Shown piece by piece: positions 1-13,000 of a stretch of 64,000 nucleotides of DNA. Position 1 is the first letter of the stretch. Every line of letters begins with the position of its first letter. Made by a program: the position numbers and the translations under genes. Source of the DNA: Azolla caroliniana (Eukaryota; Plantae; Polypodiophyta). The notes beneath the pieces were generated by a model that was given only the letters and a program-made list of their open reading frames with translations, did no database searches and was not told the DNA's origin. The stretch spans positions 496,001 through 560,000 of the forward strand of contig JBHGNT010000017.1 in assembly GCA_043228905.1 (NCBI GenBank). Reading direction: 5' to 3'.

Positions 1-1066
1 CTTGATAGAGCAAGACATTATGGCATTCTTGTTTGTATTATCACAATGTAAGTTAGCGTCTTTCACACTCTCGTGCTATGTATAACTATTGTTGTTTGAT
101 TAACATTCTGCAATGTACCATAGTTCTATAGATTGACTTTCTTTTTGGGTTTTGCTTTTAAGCTTCATATGGTATTTTCATCTTGATCTCTTACATTGAG
201 TACCATGAGAAATTATCTCCTCAGTAGCACGAACTAGATTTCTCAAATGGACTACAAACATTGAATTTGGCATTGGGTATACCTTTGAATTCGACATGCG
301 GTTAATCACATTTGAATTTGAGTTCTCATAAGAATTGCAATGTGTGGCATTTTGATGGATTTGACAATGTGGTTAATCACATTTGAATGTGAACACAACA
401 TGGTACAAGCATACTTAAGATTAAACACATGCTAAACAAAATTGTTAACTAAATGCTTAGCCATATCTATTATTAGCTGAGGACATTATTGCTCAAATTG
501 GCACTTGGTAACTCCTAGTCTCAACTCCTAGGGTTTATCTAGATACAACATCTGTTACAGAGAGCACAAAAGGTTGAGAGAGAGAGAGAGAGAGACAGAC
601 AGAGAGATGGTCGCTTTGTGCGTGGGCTCTGGAGATTCGACTTTATTTCGTTGCCATGGATTTTCTACCTTTTCTCTGATTCATCATCAACTTCCTGGTT
701 CTCTCTCATCATCATCGTCAGTATCATTCTCATCATCAAGTCGAGGGTCCTTCTGCATCAGAGCTACTGCGATCGATACTGCATCTGCTCCTCCAAGTAA
801 GATCACAATTCCTGAAGAAAAGCTTAGAGAAAGACATTTGAAAGAAATAAGAATGCTTGCAAAAACATATTTTTGAATGCTTTTCTCTTAGGCATCGAAG
901 GAAGCCCCTTAAACGATTAGTACGGTCAAAGGAAAAACGTTTCCTATGGTAGACATTCGCCTGGGCTTGGTTACTCCCGAGTCAACCCCTTTATGTTAGA
1001 TACGTATTTGGTGCAGAGTTAATCTCTTCACGTTATATATGTGGTGCGGAGTTAATCGCTTTATGT
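1..1066 (+). repeat. Upstream copy of the duplicated SHMT promoter/exon 1/intron 1 start
   Basis: Collinear blocks: 1-39 = 1858-1896; ~40-455 = ~2783-3198; ~457-500 = ~3842-3884; ~501-527 = ~3895-3920; ~528-1028 = ~4032-4523; ~968-1066 also matches 9709-9809. Confidence 0.9.
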
Positions 1067-4000
1067 TGTCAGCGCTACTACACTGTGTTCAATCCATAGC
1101 ATAGAATTACTCGAAAAATACAAAAAACACTAAAAAAACTTAACTTGTGATTCAGATGGACACATCTGGGCCGCCTGCTCTCCTCCGTCTGACGGCGTGG
1201 ATTCACTCCATAGCCTATCTCGGATGGAGCCATGAAAGCTCTCCACGTGGCATGGGTGTGTGCCGTTAGATCTTGGCGCTTTCATAAATTGTAGCTGTCA
1301 ATTGACTTGTGCTCTTGTCCTCGAGTTTGGTGGAAATGCAACTTATTCTCTGTTTCCGGACGTCCTGGGAAAAAGACGAGATGCCCCGTATCCTGCCCGT
1401 CTGTCCGCCTGTCCAAAAGCCTCATGTCATATGCACGCTCTCGCTCATTATTCATCCATAGTTCCTAGAAGAAGTGACGGTTTCGATTGACTATATAAAA
1501 CCCTTTGAGACGAATGAGGTACCACTTTTGTTTTCTCGTGATTGGTTGGTCGTTCAAATAGACAAGGAATGTGTAAAGAAGAGCTTAGATTATGTAACTT
1601 GCAACTTCTATGCCTGTCGATAATTGTGGAGATTTTCCTACTCGTTTGTTTATTCTCGATCAAACGCCCATATCCAAATGTTCCCTTGACAATCATGAGA
1701 GATTGATAAAAAGAGAGAACCCATGGTATAGGTTTCTAGCATGATACTACTTGTTGTGTTTGCAACCTTTTTTGTATATATGGTGTTGTGTGATCGTGTA
1801 AATTTACAAGGAACTTTTCTATTCAAGAGAAACTCCAACTTGGTATATGTTGCTCACCTTGATAGAGCAAGACATTATGGCATTCTTGTTTGTATTTTTC
1901 TTTTAGGTTAATCAATTTCAAGGGTATATATATCTCATGGTTGGCCCATTTTTCTAGAAAATTATTAACAATTGTGAATGCACTTAGGATTTCTAAATTC
2001 TACATTCAAATAAAGAACACTCGTGCGATTGAATGCCCCCCCTAACTTCATGGTGACAATTTATGAATCATTAACAATTGTGAATGCACGTAGGATTTCT
2101 TGATTCTACATTCAAATAAAGAACTATTATTCGATTGAATGCTCCCCCCAGGTTCATGGTTGGCCCAATTTTCTACAAAATCATTAACAATTGTGAATGC
2201 ACTTAGGATTTCTAAATTCTACATTAAAATAAAGAACACTCGTACGATTGAATGTTCCTCCCAACTTCATGGTGACAAGTTATGAATCATTAACACTTGT
2301 GAATGCACGTAGGATTTCTATATTCTACATTCCAATAAAGAACACTTGTACGATTGAATGTTCCCCTCAGCTTCATGGTGACAAATTCTGGATCCATCTT
2401 TGATGTCCAAGTATCTCTTTTTTTACAATCACAAAGTAACACGTTGCTCGTATGCCATATGGTGTTTACAATCACAAAGTAACATGTTGCTCGTATGCCA
2501 TATGGTGTTTACAATCACAAAGTAATTTGGAAAGTTGTCTTCCAAGTGGAAAATGTATCCTTTTGCAATCATAAATATATATGCTCATGAGATTGTTGAT
2601 AAACCTGAAGTAATTATAATTGTGTCCCATCGAATTAGTTTGCTCCAAAATTCCAATTGATGATGTTTTTTGTACAACAAAACCCATGTGATCATCATAT
2701 TCGCAAAGTAGTAAACTATCAAAATGGGGACGTTCAAATCAGTATTTATCCATGTGAAATGAGAGCATTATAACTTATATGTATCACAATGTAAGTTAGC
2801 GTCTTTCACACTCTCATGCTATGTATAACTATTGTTTTCTGATTAACATTCTGCAATGTACCATAGTTCTATAGATTGACTTTCTTTTTGGGTTTTGCTT
2901 TTAAGCTTCATATGGTATTTTCATCTTGATCTCTTACATTGAGTACCATGACAAATTATCTCCTCAGAAGCAGGAACTAGATTTCTCAAATGGACTGCAA
3001 ACTTTGAATTTGGCATTGGGTATACCTTTGAATTCGACATGCGGTTAATTACATTTGAATTTGAGTTCTCGTAAGAATTGCAATGTGTGGCATTTTGATG
3101 GATTTGACAATGTGGTTAATCACATTTGAATGTGAACACAACATGATACAAGCATAGTTAAGATTAAACACATGCTAAACAAAATTGTTAGCTAAATGCA
3201 AAATTGGGATGGAGAATTTGATCCCGATGGTATATTGTGAGTCTAGTACAATCATAGGATCTCTGATATCATAATTATGCTTGACATTTATATCATAGTA
3301 GTTTTGTTTGTATTGTATCAGAGCCCCAACCACAAAATTGAATGATGCATTGTTTTATGCAACCTCCTCTCCATCAATGTAGTCATCAATGAGGTTTTTC
3401 GTCACCACCTATTTATTTTTTGCAGTGGATGTCCCCAACCATAGGTGGCTACAAACTCAAAATGCGAGCCAAGATTTTATATCATTAAAACCAATACGAT
3501 ATTACATGTTTCCTTTGTATTCATGTGAAATAACATTCAGGGCAACAAGACTTACATTATATGTCACAAGGATGGCTATCCAACTAGTTCTTGATTACAG
3601 ACATTAGGATTTGGCAATCCTTGACTCCTATATCTCAAGATAATATCAAGCAATGAGAATGATGTTAGGTTCTTTCATGGGACATGGATTGAAAGCTAAG
3701 GACATGACTAAAGCCAATGGAGGACTTCAAACTCTCATAAGTTACACGTCACTCATACCAACTCTACCATTCTCTAGCTCTTATGTGACATCCAAGGGCA
3801 GTCGGCAGGTCCGCGTGAAGAACACCTTCCTCATCATCACTTTAGCCCTATCTATTATTAGCTGAGGACATTATTGCTCAAATTGTTTCCTGGGGCACTT
3901 GCTAACTCCTAGACTCAACTCAAAAGCAACCATTATGTATTTGATCTATTATTGGCCTTTTCAAGTTCTACTCATTGCAACAACTTCTTTAAGCCTTTAA

Positions 4001-7000
4001 GGAATAGTGTGAATACTTTGAAGGTAAAAATCTTAGGGTTTATCTAGAGACAACATCTGTTACAGAGAGCACAAAAGGTTGAGAGAGAGAGAGAGACAGA
4101 GAGAAGGACGCTTTGTGGGTGGGCTCTGGAGATTCGACTTTATTTCATTGCCATGGATTTTCTACCTTTTCTCTGATTCATCAACTTCCTGGTTCTCTCT
4201 CATCATCATCGTCAGTGTCATTCTCATCATCAGCTCGAGGGTCTTTCTGCATCAGAGCTACTGCGATCGATACTGCATCTGCTCCTCCCAGTAAGATCAC
4301 AATTCCTGAAGAAAAGCTTAGAGAAAGACATTTGAAAGAAGTAAGAATGCTTGCAAAAACATATTTTTGAATGCTTTTCTCTTAGGCATCGAAGGAAGCC
4401 CCTTAAACGATTAGTACGGTCAAAGGAAAAACGTTTCCTATGGTAGACATTCGCCTGGGCTTGGTTACTCTTACTCCGAGTCAATCCCTTTATGTTAGAT
4501 ATTTGGTGCGGAGTTAATCTCTTNNNNNNNNNNNNNNNNNNNNNNNNNNNNNNNNNNNNNNNNNNNNNNNNNNNNNNNNNNNNNNNNNNNNNNNNNNNNN
4601 NNNNNNNNNNNNNNNNNNNNNNNACTTCAATGCCTAAGAGAAAAGCATTCAAAAATATGTTTTTGCAAGCATTCTTACTTCTTTCAAATGTCTTTCTCTA
4701 AGCTTTTCTTCAGGAATTGTGATCTTACTGGGAGGAGCAGATGCAGTATCGATCGCAGTAGCTCTGATGCAGAAAGACCCTCGAGCTGATGATGAGAATG
4801 GTAAAGAGGGATGTTTGACGGATCAGCTATTGAGAGATGACGTTCAGCAAACAGGACTGTAGTAGAGATGAGAGTAGAGACACACAGATCTTTGGTGTAC
4901 AACGCAGAGTACTAAAAAGAAGGTTATTATATTAGTTAACCTTACATAGAAAGTGGTGTGTTCACATTATAAAAAGAGGTGTCCTGTCCAGGTGAACAAT
5001 GTGTTCACATATACGAATAATTACCTAATTTGTGAACTACGGGCCTTTACACCTAACAACCTCCCACTTAAAGGTCCGATGTGAACATTCAAGTAACTCC
5101 CACTAGCTGTATGCAATGCTCATGTTGAGCTTTGCCAAGACTTTTAGTGAGAATATCTGCAGGATTATCCTGTGTTTTGATCTTGGTCAATGTTACTAGA
5201 CCATCCTCCAAAACTTGTCTGATAAAGTGATGTCGCACATCAATGTGTTTGGTGCGCGAATGAAACATGGCATTCTTAGCCAGATACACAGCACTCTGGC
5301 TATCACATCCTAACACAGGAGTACTAACAGACATGCCAAGATCTTCACCAAGTCTGCTGAGCCATATAGCTTCCTTTGAAGCTTCTGTAGCTGAAATATA
5401 TTCAGCTTCAGTAGTACTCAGTGCTACAATCTTTTGCAATTTGGAGCACCAAGACACTGCTCCACCAGCAACTGTAAATATATACCCGCTAGTAGACTTA
5501 CGTGTATCCAAGTCACCTGCCATGTCTGCATCACAATATCCCTGCAAATTTAATGCACCCTTCCCATAGCATAAACATTTTCTCTGTGTACCTTTAAGAT
5601 ACCTGAAAACACACTTGACAGCCTCCCAATGTGCTTTCCTGGGATTAGACATATAGCGACTAACAACTCCCACTGCATAAGCAATATCTGGACGAGTAGC
5701 TACCATAGCATACATTAGAGAACCACATGCTGATGCATAAGGAATTCCCTTCATAGCATTGATTTCCATCTCATCCTTTGGACAATCAGCCTTGCTGAGT
5801 TTAAGATATGACGGCAAAGGAACTCCAAGGGACTTTGCTTCTGCCATATTAAATCTGTTAAGCACTTTTTCAATGTACTTTTCTTGTGACAAAAACAACA
5901 ATTTGTCTTTTCTGTTTCTACTGATTCTCATGCCCAAAATATGCTCTGCATTTCCCAAATCTTTCATAGAGAAGACCAATTTCAGTTGATCTTTTAGAGC
6001 ATCAAGACTAGTCTTTCTTTTCCCAGCTAGCAACATATCATCCACATATAGAACAAGTATGATAGGACTGTCATCGATATCCTTTTTCGTGTATAAACAA
6101 TGATCTGCATAGCTACGATCAAAGCCTTGAGAAAGCATAAAAGTATCAAACTTCTTATACCACTGTCGTGGTGCTTGTTTTAGGCCATACAAGCTACGTT
6201 TTAGTTTGCATACCAAATGCTCCTTGTTAGAGACTACAAAACCCTCAGGTTGTTTCATGTAGATCTCTTCATCAATATCACCATGCAAAAAAGCGGTCTT
6301 TACATCCATTTGGTACAACTCCAAATTAAGCATTGCAGTGAGAGCAAATAGCACACGAAGTGTGGTCATCTTCACAACAGGAGAGAAGACCTCTTGGAAG
6401 TCAATACCTTCCTTCTGTGCATAACCCTTGGCAACTAATCTTGCCTTGTATTTTGGTTTCCCTTCAATTTCCTTTACCTTATAAACCCACTTATTTGGAA
6501 GAGCTTTCCTTCCTTGAGGTAAGGACACAAGATCCCATGTATCATTTGCATATAAAGATTTTATTTCTTCTTGCATTGCAAGCTCCCACTTACTACTAAG
6601 TTCACATGACATTGCCTCCTTATAAGTAAGAGGTTCACCCTCATCTGACAGCATGACATAATGCAAAGAGGGGTCATATCTATATATCTGCCTCCTTGAA
6701 CGATTAGACCTACGTACCCAATGATCAGTATTTTCTGGGATTGGTTCTAAATCTGGAGGAAAATCATTTTCAGCACTTTCTGGCTGTTGCGAACCATGTC
6801 CAGCATGTTGTTCGACATCTATATTTTGTTCTTCAGTACCTTCATCTCGTTGACCAATATCTTCATGAGCATCTCTTTGCTGTCCAACTTCTTCTGGCTC
6901 AAAGATAACCGGTTGACCATCATATTCAACCTTTGGTATAGCATCATGAGGTTTATTTTCAGATTTTGTGGATGGCTGTAATTGCTGAAATGTAACGCTC

Positions 7001-10000
7001 TTAGAGTTCCCAACAGAGGAACAAGCATTTTTCAGCAATTTTCCTTCATTAAAAACAAGATCCCGGCTGCGTACAATTTTTCTGGACTGAGGTAACCAAA
7101 TCCTATAGCCCATTTCACCTTCATCACCATAGCCCATAAAAATGCCCATGGTGGACTTAGCATCGAGCTTATTTCTCAGCTCACTTCTAATGTGTACAAA
7201 CGCATCACAACCGAAAATTCGTAAATGGTCATATGAGGCTGGTTTGCCAGACCAAACCTCCTCAGGGATTCCATTTTTTAAGGACTTGTTGGGAGAACGA
7301 TTACATATATGAACCGCGGTTTTTAATGCTTCTCCCCAAAATTCATGAGGGAGATTAGCTGTGGACAGCATGCATCGTACTCGCTCACACAAGGTCCTAT
7401 TATACCTTTCTGCCACCCCATTTGATGAAGGGTTATATGGAGCTGTAAGCTCTCTTTTAATACCATGTAAGTCACAATAAGACTTAAATTCTGCAGATGT
7501 AAACTCACCCCCATTATCTGTTCTGAGACATTTCAGTTTTGTCCCTTTTTGAGTAGTCACAAATGCATGAAAAGATTTAAATGCATCAAATGCATCACCT
7601 TTTCTTTTCATCAAGTACACCCAAATCTTCCTAGAATAATCATCGATAAAGGAAATAAAATATGCAGCACCGCCCAAGGATTTTACAGGCATGCTACATA
7701 CATCAGAATGCACCAAATCTAGCACATTTGGTTTACGAGAGATACCAGAATAATAAGAATTTCTTACTTGTTTGCCAAATAGACAATCATTACAAAAAAC
7801 CAGCTTTGATCCTTTAACATCAAATCTTTTTAAAGCAGAAAGGACTTCAAGTCCTTTTTGGCTCATATGTCCTAATCTCTTATGCCAAAGCTCTAAACGA
7901 GAGTCGAATTCAGCAATAGCAAGAAACTTTCCAGGTAAAGCTTTACATTGCAAACAGTACAGAGTGCCCTTTTTGCAACCTTTCACAATAACCATAGATC
8001 CTTTCTTTAGTTTCCATAATCCACCACCGAATAATGTGGTGTAACCATGCAAATCCATTTGTCCTACAGATAGCAAACTTTTCTTAATGCCAGGTACATA
8101 CCTAACATCTTTGAGCACAAGCTCTTGACCATTATCCAAAGACAAGTGTATGGTTCCAATACCATCAATATTGCAAGCACTATTGTTACCAAGATAAACT
8201 TTTCCATAACTGCCTGCATCAAATGTGGTAAAGCACTCCAAACTTGGAGTAACATGAAAAGAAGCCCCAGAGTCTACTATCCATGTCTGTGTCAATCCAT
8301 CATCGATTGACAATAAAGCATCAATAACATCTGTTTTGGTGATTTGCATGTCTTGAACATGAGCTATAAAGGCATCACCTGTAATACAAAGTACATCACC
8401 ATCTTCACCAGATAGGTCTTCAATGATAACATTTGAAGCCATATTAGCTTTCTCTGTTGTATTAAACTTATCCTCTTTGTTTTTCTTCTCTCCGACATTC
8501 TTCTTCCTTTCTAGTTCCATCTTCCAATATCTACAATCAGGTTTCTTATGACCTTTACGGCCACAATGATAGCAAGTGATATCTTGTTGTTTTCCTTTCC
8601 CTCTACTCTTACTTCTATTTCTTTGTCCTACATTTGGGTTCCTCTTATCATATCTCCCCCTAATATTGTATGCTGAACCACTACCTTCTCCACTAGATTG
8701 TCTTCTAATCTCTTCACTGAGAATAGAGCCCCGCACACCATCGAAGGTCAAGGTGGGGCTATTAGATAGTGAAACAACTAATGTTTCCCACGAATCCGGT
8801 AAAGTCATAAGTAGGAAGATAGCTTTGAGCTTGTCATCAAAAGCTGGTAATCCTGAATCTTGTAGTTGGGAGAGAGTACCTGTGAATAAAGATAGATGCT
8901 CTGTTGCACCTTTTGACTCATCAAGCCTCATACTGACAAGTTTTCTCATCAAATGCACCTGATTCACAGGAGTAGTATTCTCGTAAGTTTTCTTAAGTTT
9001 CTCCCAAACTTGATGGGCAGTAGTCAAGCCCTTTACATCTACAAGAATTTCATCAGAAACAACCATTTTAATATATGTAATGGCTTTCTTATTCAAAGTG
9101 TTCCAAGCATCATTTTCCATGCTCTCTGGTTTCGTTTCTACAAGAGCATCTTCACAATCTCTTAGAAAGAGGATGCCCAGCATACGCTCTTTCCACAATT
9201 CGAAACCTTTTCCATCAAATCTCTTGATTTCAAAGAGGTTTTTCACTTCAGCTGAAGTGGAGGCCATTGCTCCCAAGATTTATGACAGATGCCTTCAGAA
9301 ATTGAGCAGAATACCAATAGAAAAGGGTCTGACAGATTTTTTATTTTTATTTTTTAAATCTGTGTTTTCTGCTGATTCTGAATCTAAAGAAAAACAGCAA
9401 AGTAGAGGAAAGAGATTTGGCTCTGATACCAGTTAAAGGTAAAGAGGGATGTTTGACGGATCAGCTATTGAGAGATGACGTTCAGCAAACAGGACTGTAG
9501 TAGAGATGAGAGTAGAGACACACAGATCTTTGGTGTACCCAACCGCCTTGATTGGTACACAAGAAAAAGAAGGTTATTATATTAGTTAACCTTACATAGA
9601 AAGTGGTGTGTTCACATTATAAAAAGAGGTGTCCTGTCCAGGTGAACAATGTGTTCACATATACGAATAATTACCTAATTTGTGAACTACGGGCCTTTAC
9701 ACCTAACATTGGTTACTCTTACTCCGAGTCAATCCCTTTATGTTAGATATTTGGTGCGGAGTTAATCTCTTTACATTTGATATGTGCTGCGGAGTTAATC
9801 GCTTTATGTCTGTAAAATATAAGTAAGATGTTCCCATTTATGTGCGTTGCCTAACAATCGGCAACGGTTCGGTTTGAACCGAACCGAACCGCAAAACTGT
9901 GCCTTAACGGTTTAAACGGTTCGGTTCGGTTTCAACAGTTAAAAACTGTGGTTTAGACGGTTTATTATTATTTTATTTTATTATTGAATTTTTTAAAAAA

Positions 10001-13000
10001 AGTTTTTAAAAATTTGAAAAATTGTCTTTAAACAATCTTTTCATTTTTAAACCTTATTCTTACATTATATAGGAACATCGTTAAAATTTTGTTTTTTTGG
10101 GTGAGAAAGAAAACCAGTTTAAGTTATTTGAATGACAATCATGGTTATGAACACACTTCTTTAGATATGGATTTTGGAGAGATGATGGTTCTTACTAGAG
10201 TTATTAACAAAAGCTGACAAAATGTTTCCAAATTTTCTTTTCTCCCACTGGGCAGGGAAGAAAGCCCCTTTTCTGGACCTACCTTTGCAGGAGATCGACC
10301 CCGAAATTCATGCCATTATTGAGAATGAGAGACGACGTCAAAAGCAAGGACTTGAACTTATTGCCTCTGAGAATTTTACATCTTCAGCTGTTATGGAGGC
10401 TGTTGGGTCATGCCTTACCAACAAATACTCTGAAGGCCTTCCTGGGAAGAGGTAAAACTTTTTCTTCATCATCATTGTTATCATCTTCTTTTCAATTCCG
10501 ACACCTGTATGGGTTTGGGGCATCGATAGAAAAAATACAAGGCAAAGATGAGTTGGGTTTTAGGGAATAAACAAAAGTTTTTATTCCTGTAAGAGATGCC
10601 CCTTGCGTTTAGATATAATTTAGTCTATTTATAATCCAAGAAAATGTGGGTTTAGGTTTTAGTATGATTCTTTTTAATCCTAGAATAGAAGAGACCGGTT
10701 TAGCGCATAGATATAGATTTCTTTCATTTTAATCCTAGACGAGGCGATCTAGAAGATTTGGGGTTTAGTGCTTAACTAGAAATGAAAGTTTTCCTCATAG
10801 AAGAGCTGGTGACAGGATTTCTGATTTATCTTAAAAGAGACAGCCGTTGGTTTTAAGCAAAAATGCTCTAGTTTTAGAATGAGATGGATTCAGGATTTAG
10901 ATAGGAAAAATATTTTATTCCTAGATGGGATGAATTATAGGCAATATGTTCTGATCCTAGACGAGGTACCCGAGAAGAGTTGGATTACGGTTTAATTGTA
11001 TTTTAAATCCTAAAATAGATGCATTTAGGTATGGACAGATATGGACATGGTCATATGGAGGCCAATTATGTTTTGTCAAAAGATAAACAACTGTTCAAAG
11101 TCGAGGTCCAACTATATTGAATGTGCACATGTCCATGCTAAAAATTTGAAATGTAGGTACTATGGAGGGAATGCCTACATTGATCAGAGTGAGATATTAT
11201 GTCAAGAAAGGGCGTTATCTGCATTCCACTTGAATCCAGAGGAGTGGGGTGTAAATGTGCAGCCACTCTCAGGTTCTCCAGCAAATTTTGCTGTCTACAC
11301 TGCTTTGCTTCAGCCCCATGATAGGATTATGGTTAGTAGAACAATGAAAATGGATAAGGGTTTTGAGTCTGATTGGGAATATTTACAGTAGATATGGTGT
11401 TGCATAGGGGCTTGACCTTCCACATGGTGGTCATTTATCCCATGGATTTATGACCCCAAAACGACGTGTTTCGGCAACATCTGTATACTTTGAATCCATG
11501 CCCTATCGTCTGAATGAGGAAACAGGTACACACTTCAAGAATTATAAAAGTTGTTTTTCAGGTTTCTGATATCTGTAGTAAACTGTGTTAATATCTTTAT
11601 ATTGTTGCCAGGTTTTATTGATTATGATATGCTAGAAAAAACAGCAATTCTTTTTAGGCCAAAGCTTATAATAGCGGGTGCAAGTGCATATCCTCGAGAT
11701 TTTGACTATCCAAGAATGAGGAAGGTTTTGTGCTTTTCCTAGTCTGTCCACATTTAAGGATCATTCGTTATTGTTCTGCTTGGGTTTATGTGCATCTTAA
11801 ACAGATTGCAGATTCCGTGGGTGCTTTTCTAATGATGGATATGGCTCATATAAGTGGTCTTGTGGCTGCTGGAGTTGTATCGAATCCTTTTAAGTATGTT
11901 GATGTTGTCACCACGACTACACACAAGGTTAGTTGTTTTTTATTTTAACAGAAACTCTGGGTTAAACGTTAAGGGAAAGAGGATATGGTCTTCTAGAGTA
12001 AAGTATTAACAGTTTCTTCTCGTTTTAATCAGTCTCTAAGGGGTCCTCGCGGAGGGATGATCTTTTTCCGAAAGAGTACTATTTTAGGAGTTGATCTAGA
12101 AACAGCTATCAACAATTCAGTTTTCCCTGGTCTACAGGTTTTTTGCTGGTCATACATGTTGCCTTCCTGTCTTGTATTTTGTGCTTAACAGCTTTGATTT
12201 AATGTTCAGGGTGGGCCACACAATCATACAATTGCGGGACTAGCTGTTAGCTTGAAGCAGGCATCTGGTCCTGAATTTAGGCTTTATCAAGAACAGGTAG
12301 AGCTTGTATAAATTCATGTACTTTTGTTTAGTTAGAAAAAATCTGTTTTACTGAATGAACAACATTCAGGTGGTGGCCAACTGTAAAGCCCTTGCAGATA
12401 GATTGAAATATCTGGGTTACACTCTCGTATCTGGTGGTAGCGATAACCATCTTGTGCTTGTTGACTTAAGGCCTTTGGTTTGTACTATCTTCTTCACTTA
12501 GAGTGCATATAATTTATCAGTTTTGGAACCTTGAAAGAAAAGGTAAATACTTTAAGCAGGGTATTGATGGAGCCAGAGTGGAGAGAGTTTTGGATTGCGC
12601 TTCAATAACTCTGAACAAAAACTCGGTGCCAGGTGAAGCCTGAAGAGGGCTTAATTTCTATCTTGACTTGGTTTTTGGATGAAAAAATATATTGTAAGTA
12701 GGAACACCAAAGTAAACACGGGATGTAAAGATCCACATGCATGATGACTACAAAAAACAGAACCAAAACAAAATGAGTAAATAGGAGAGTGCCATTTCTA
12801 CTACTCAATCAGACTTCATTCCGTATAGAAGAGTACCCGTTCTACTTAAGATATGACAGAATATGAGCTTTTATTGCTATGAACACTTAGTCAATTAGAA
12901 TTTTCATATAGGTAAGTGTCTTTCACTATTTAAGAAATGAACGTCTTCTCTATTGTGGTGTCTTTCATTATTTAGGAAATGAGCGTATTCTCTTTTGTCA

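Noticed and set aside
3314-3326. PBS-like TGTATCAGAGCC
   Set aside because: Imperfect match with no adjacent LTR end.
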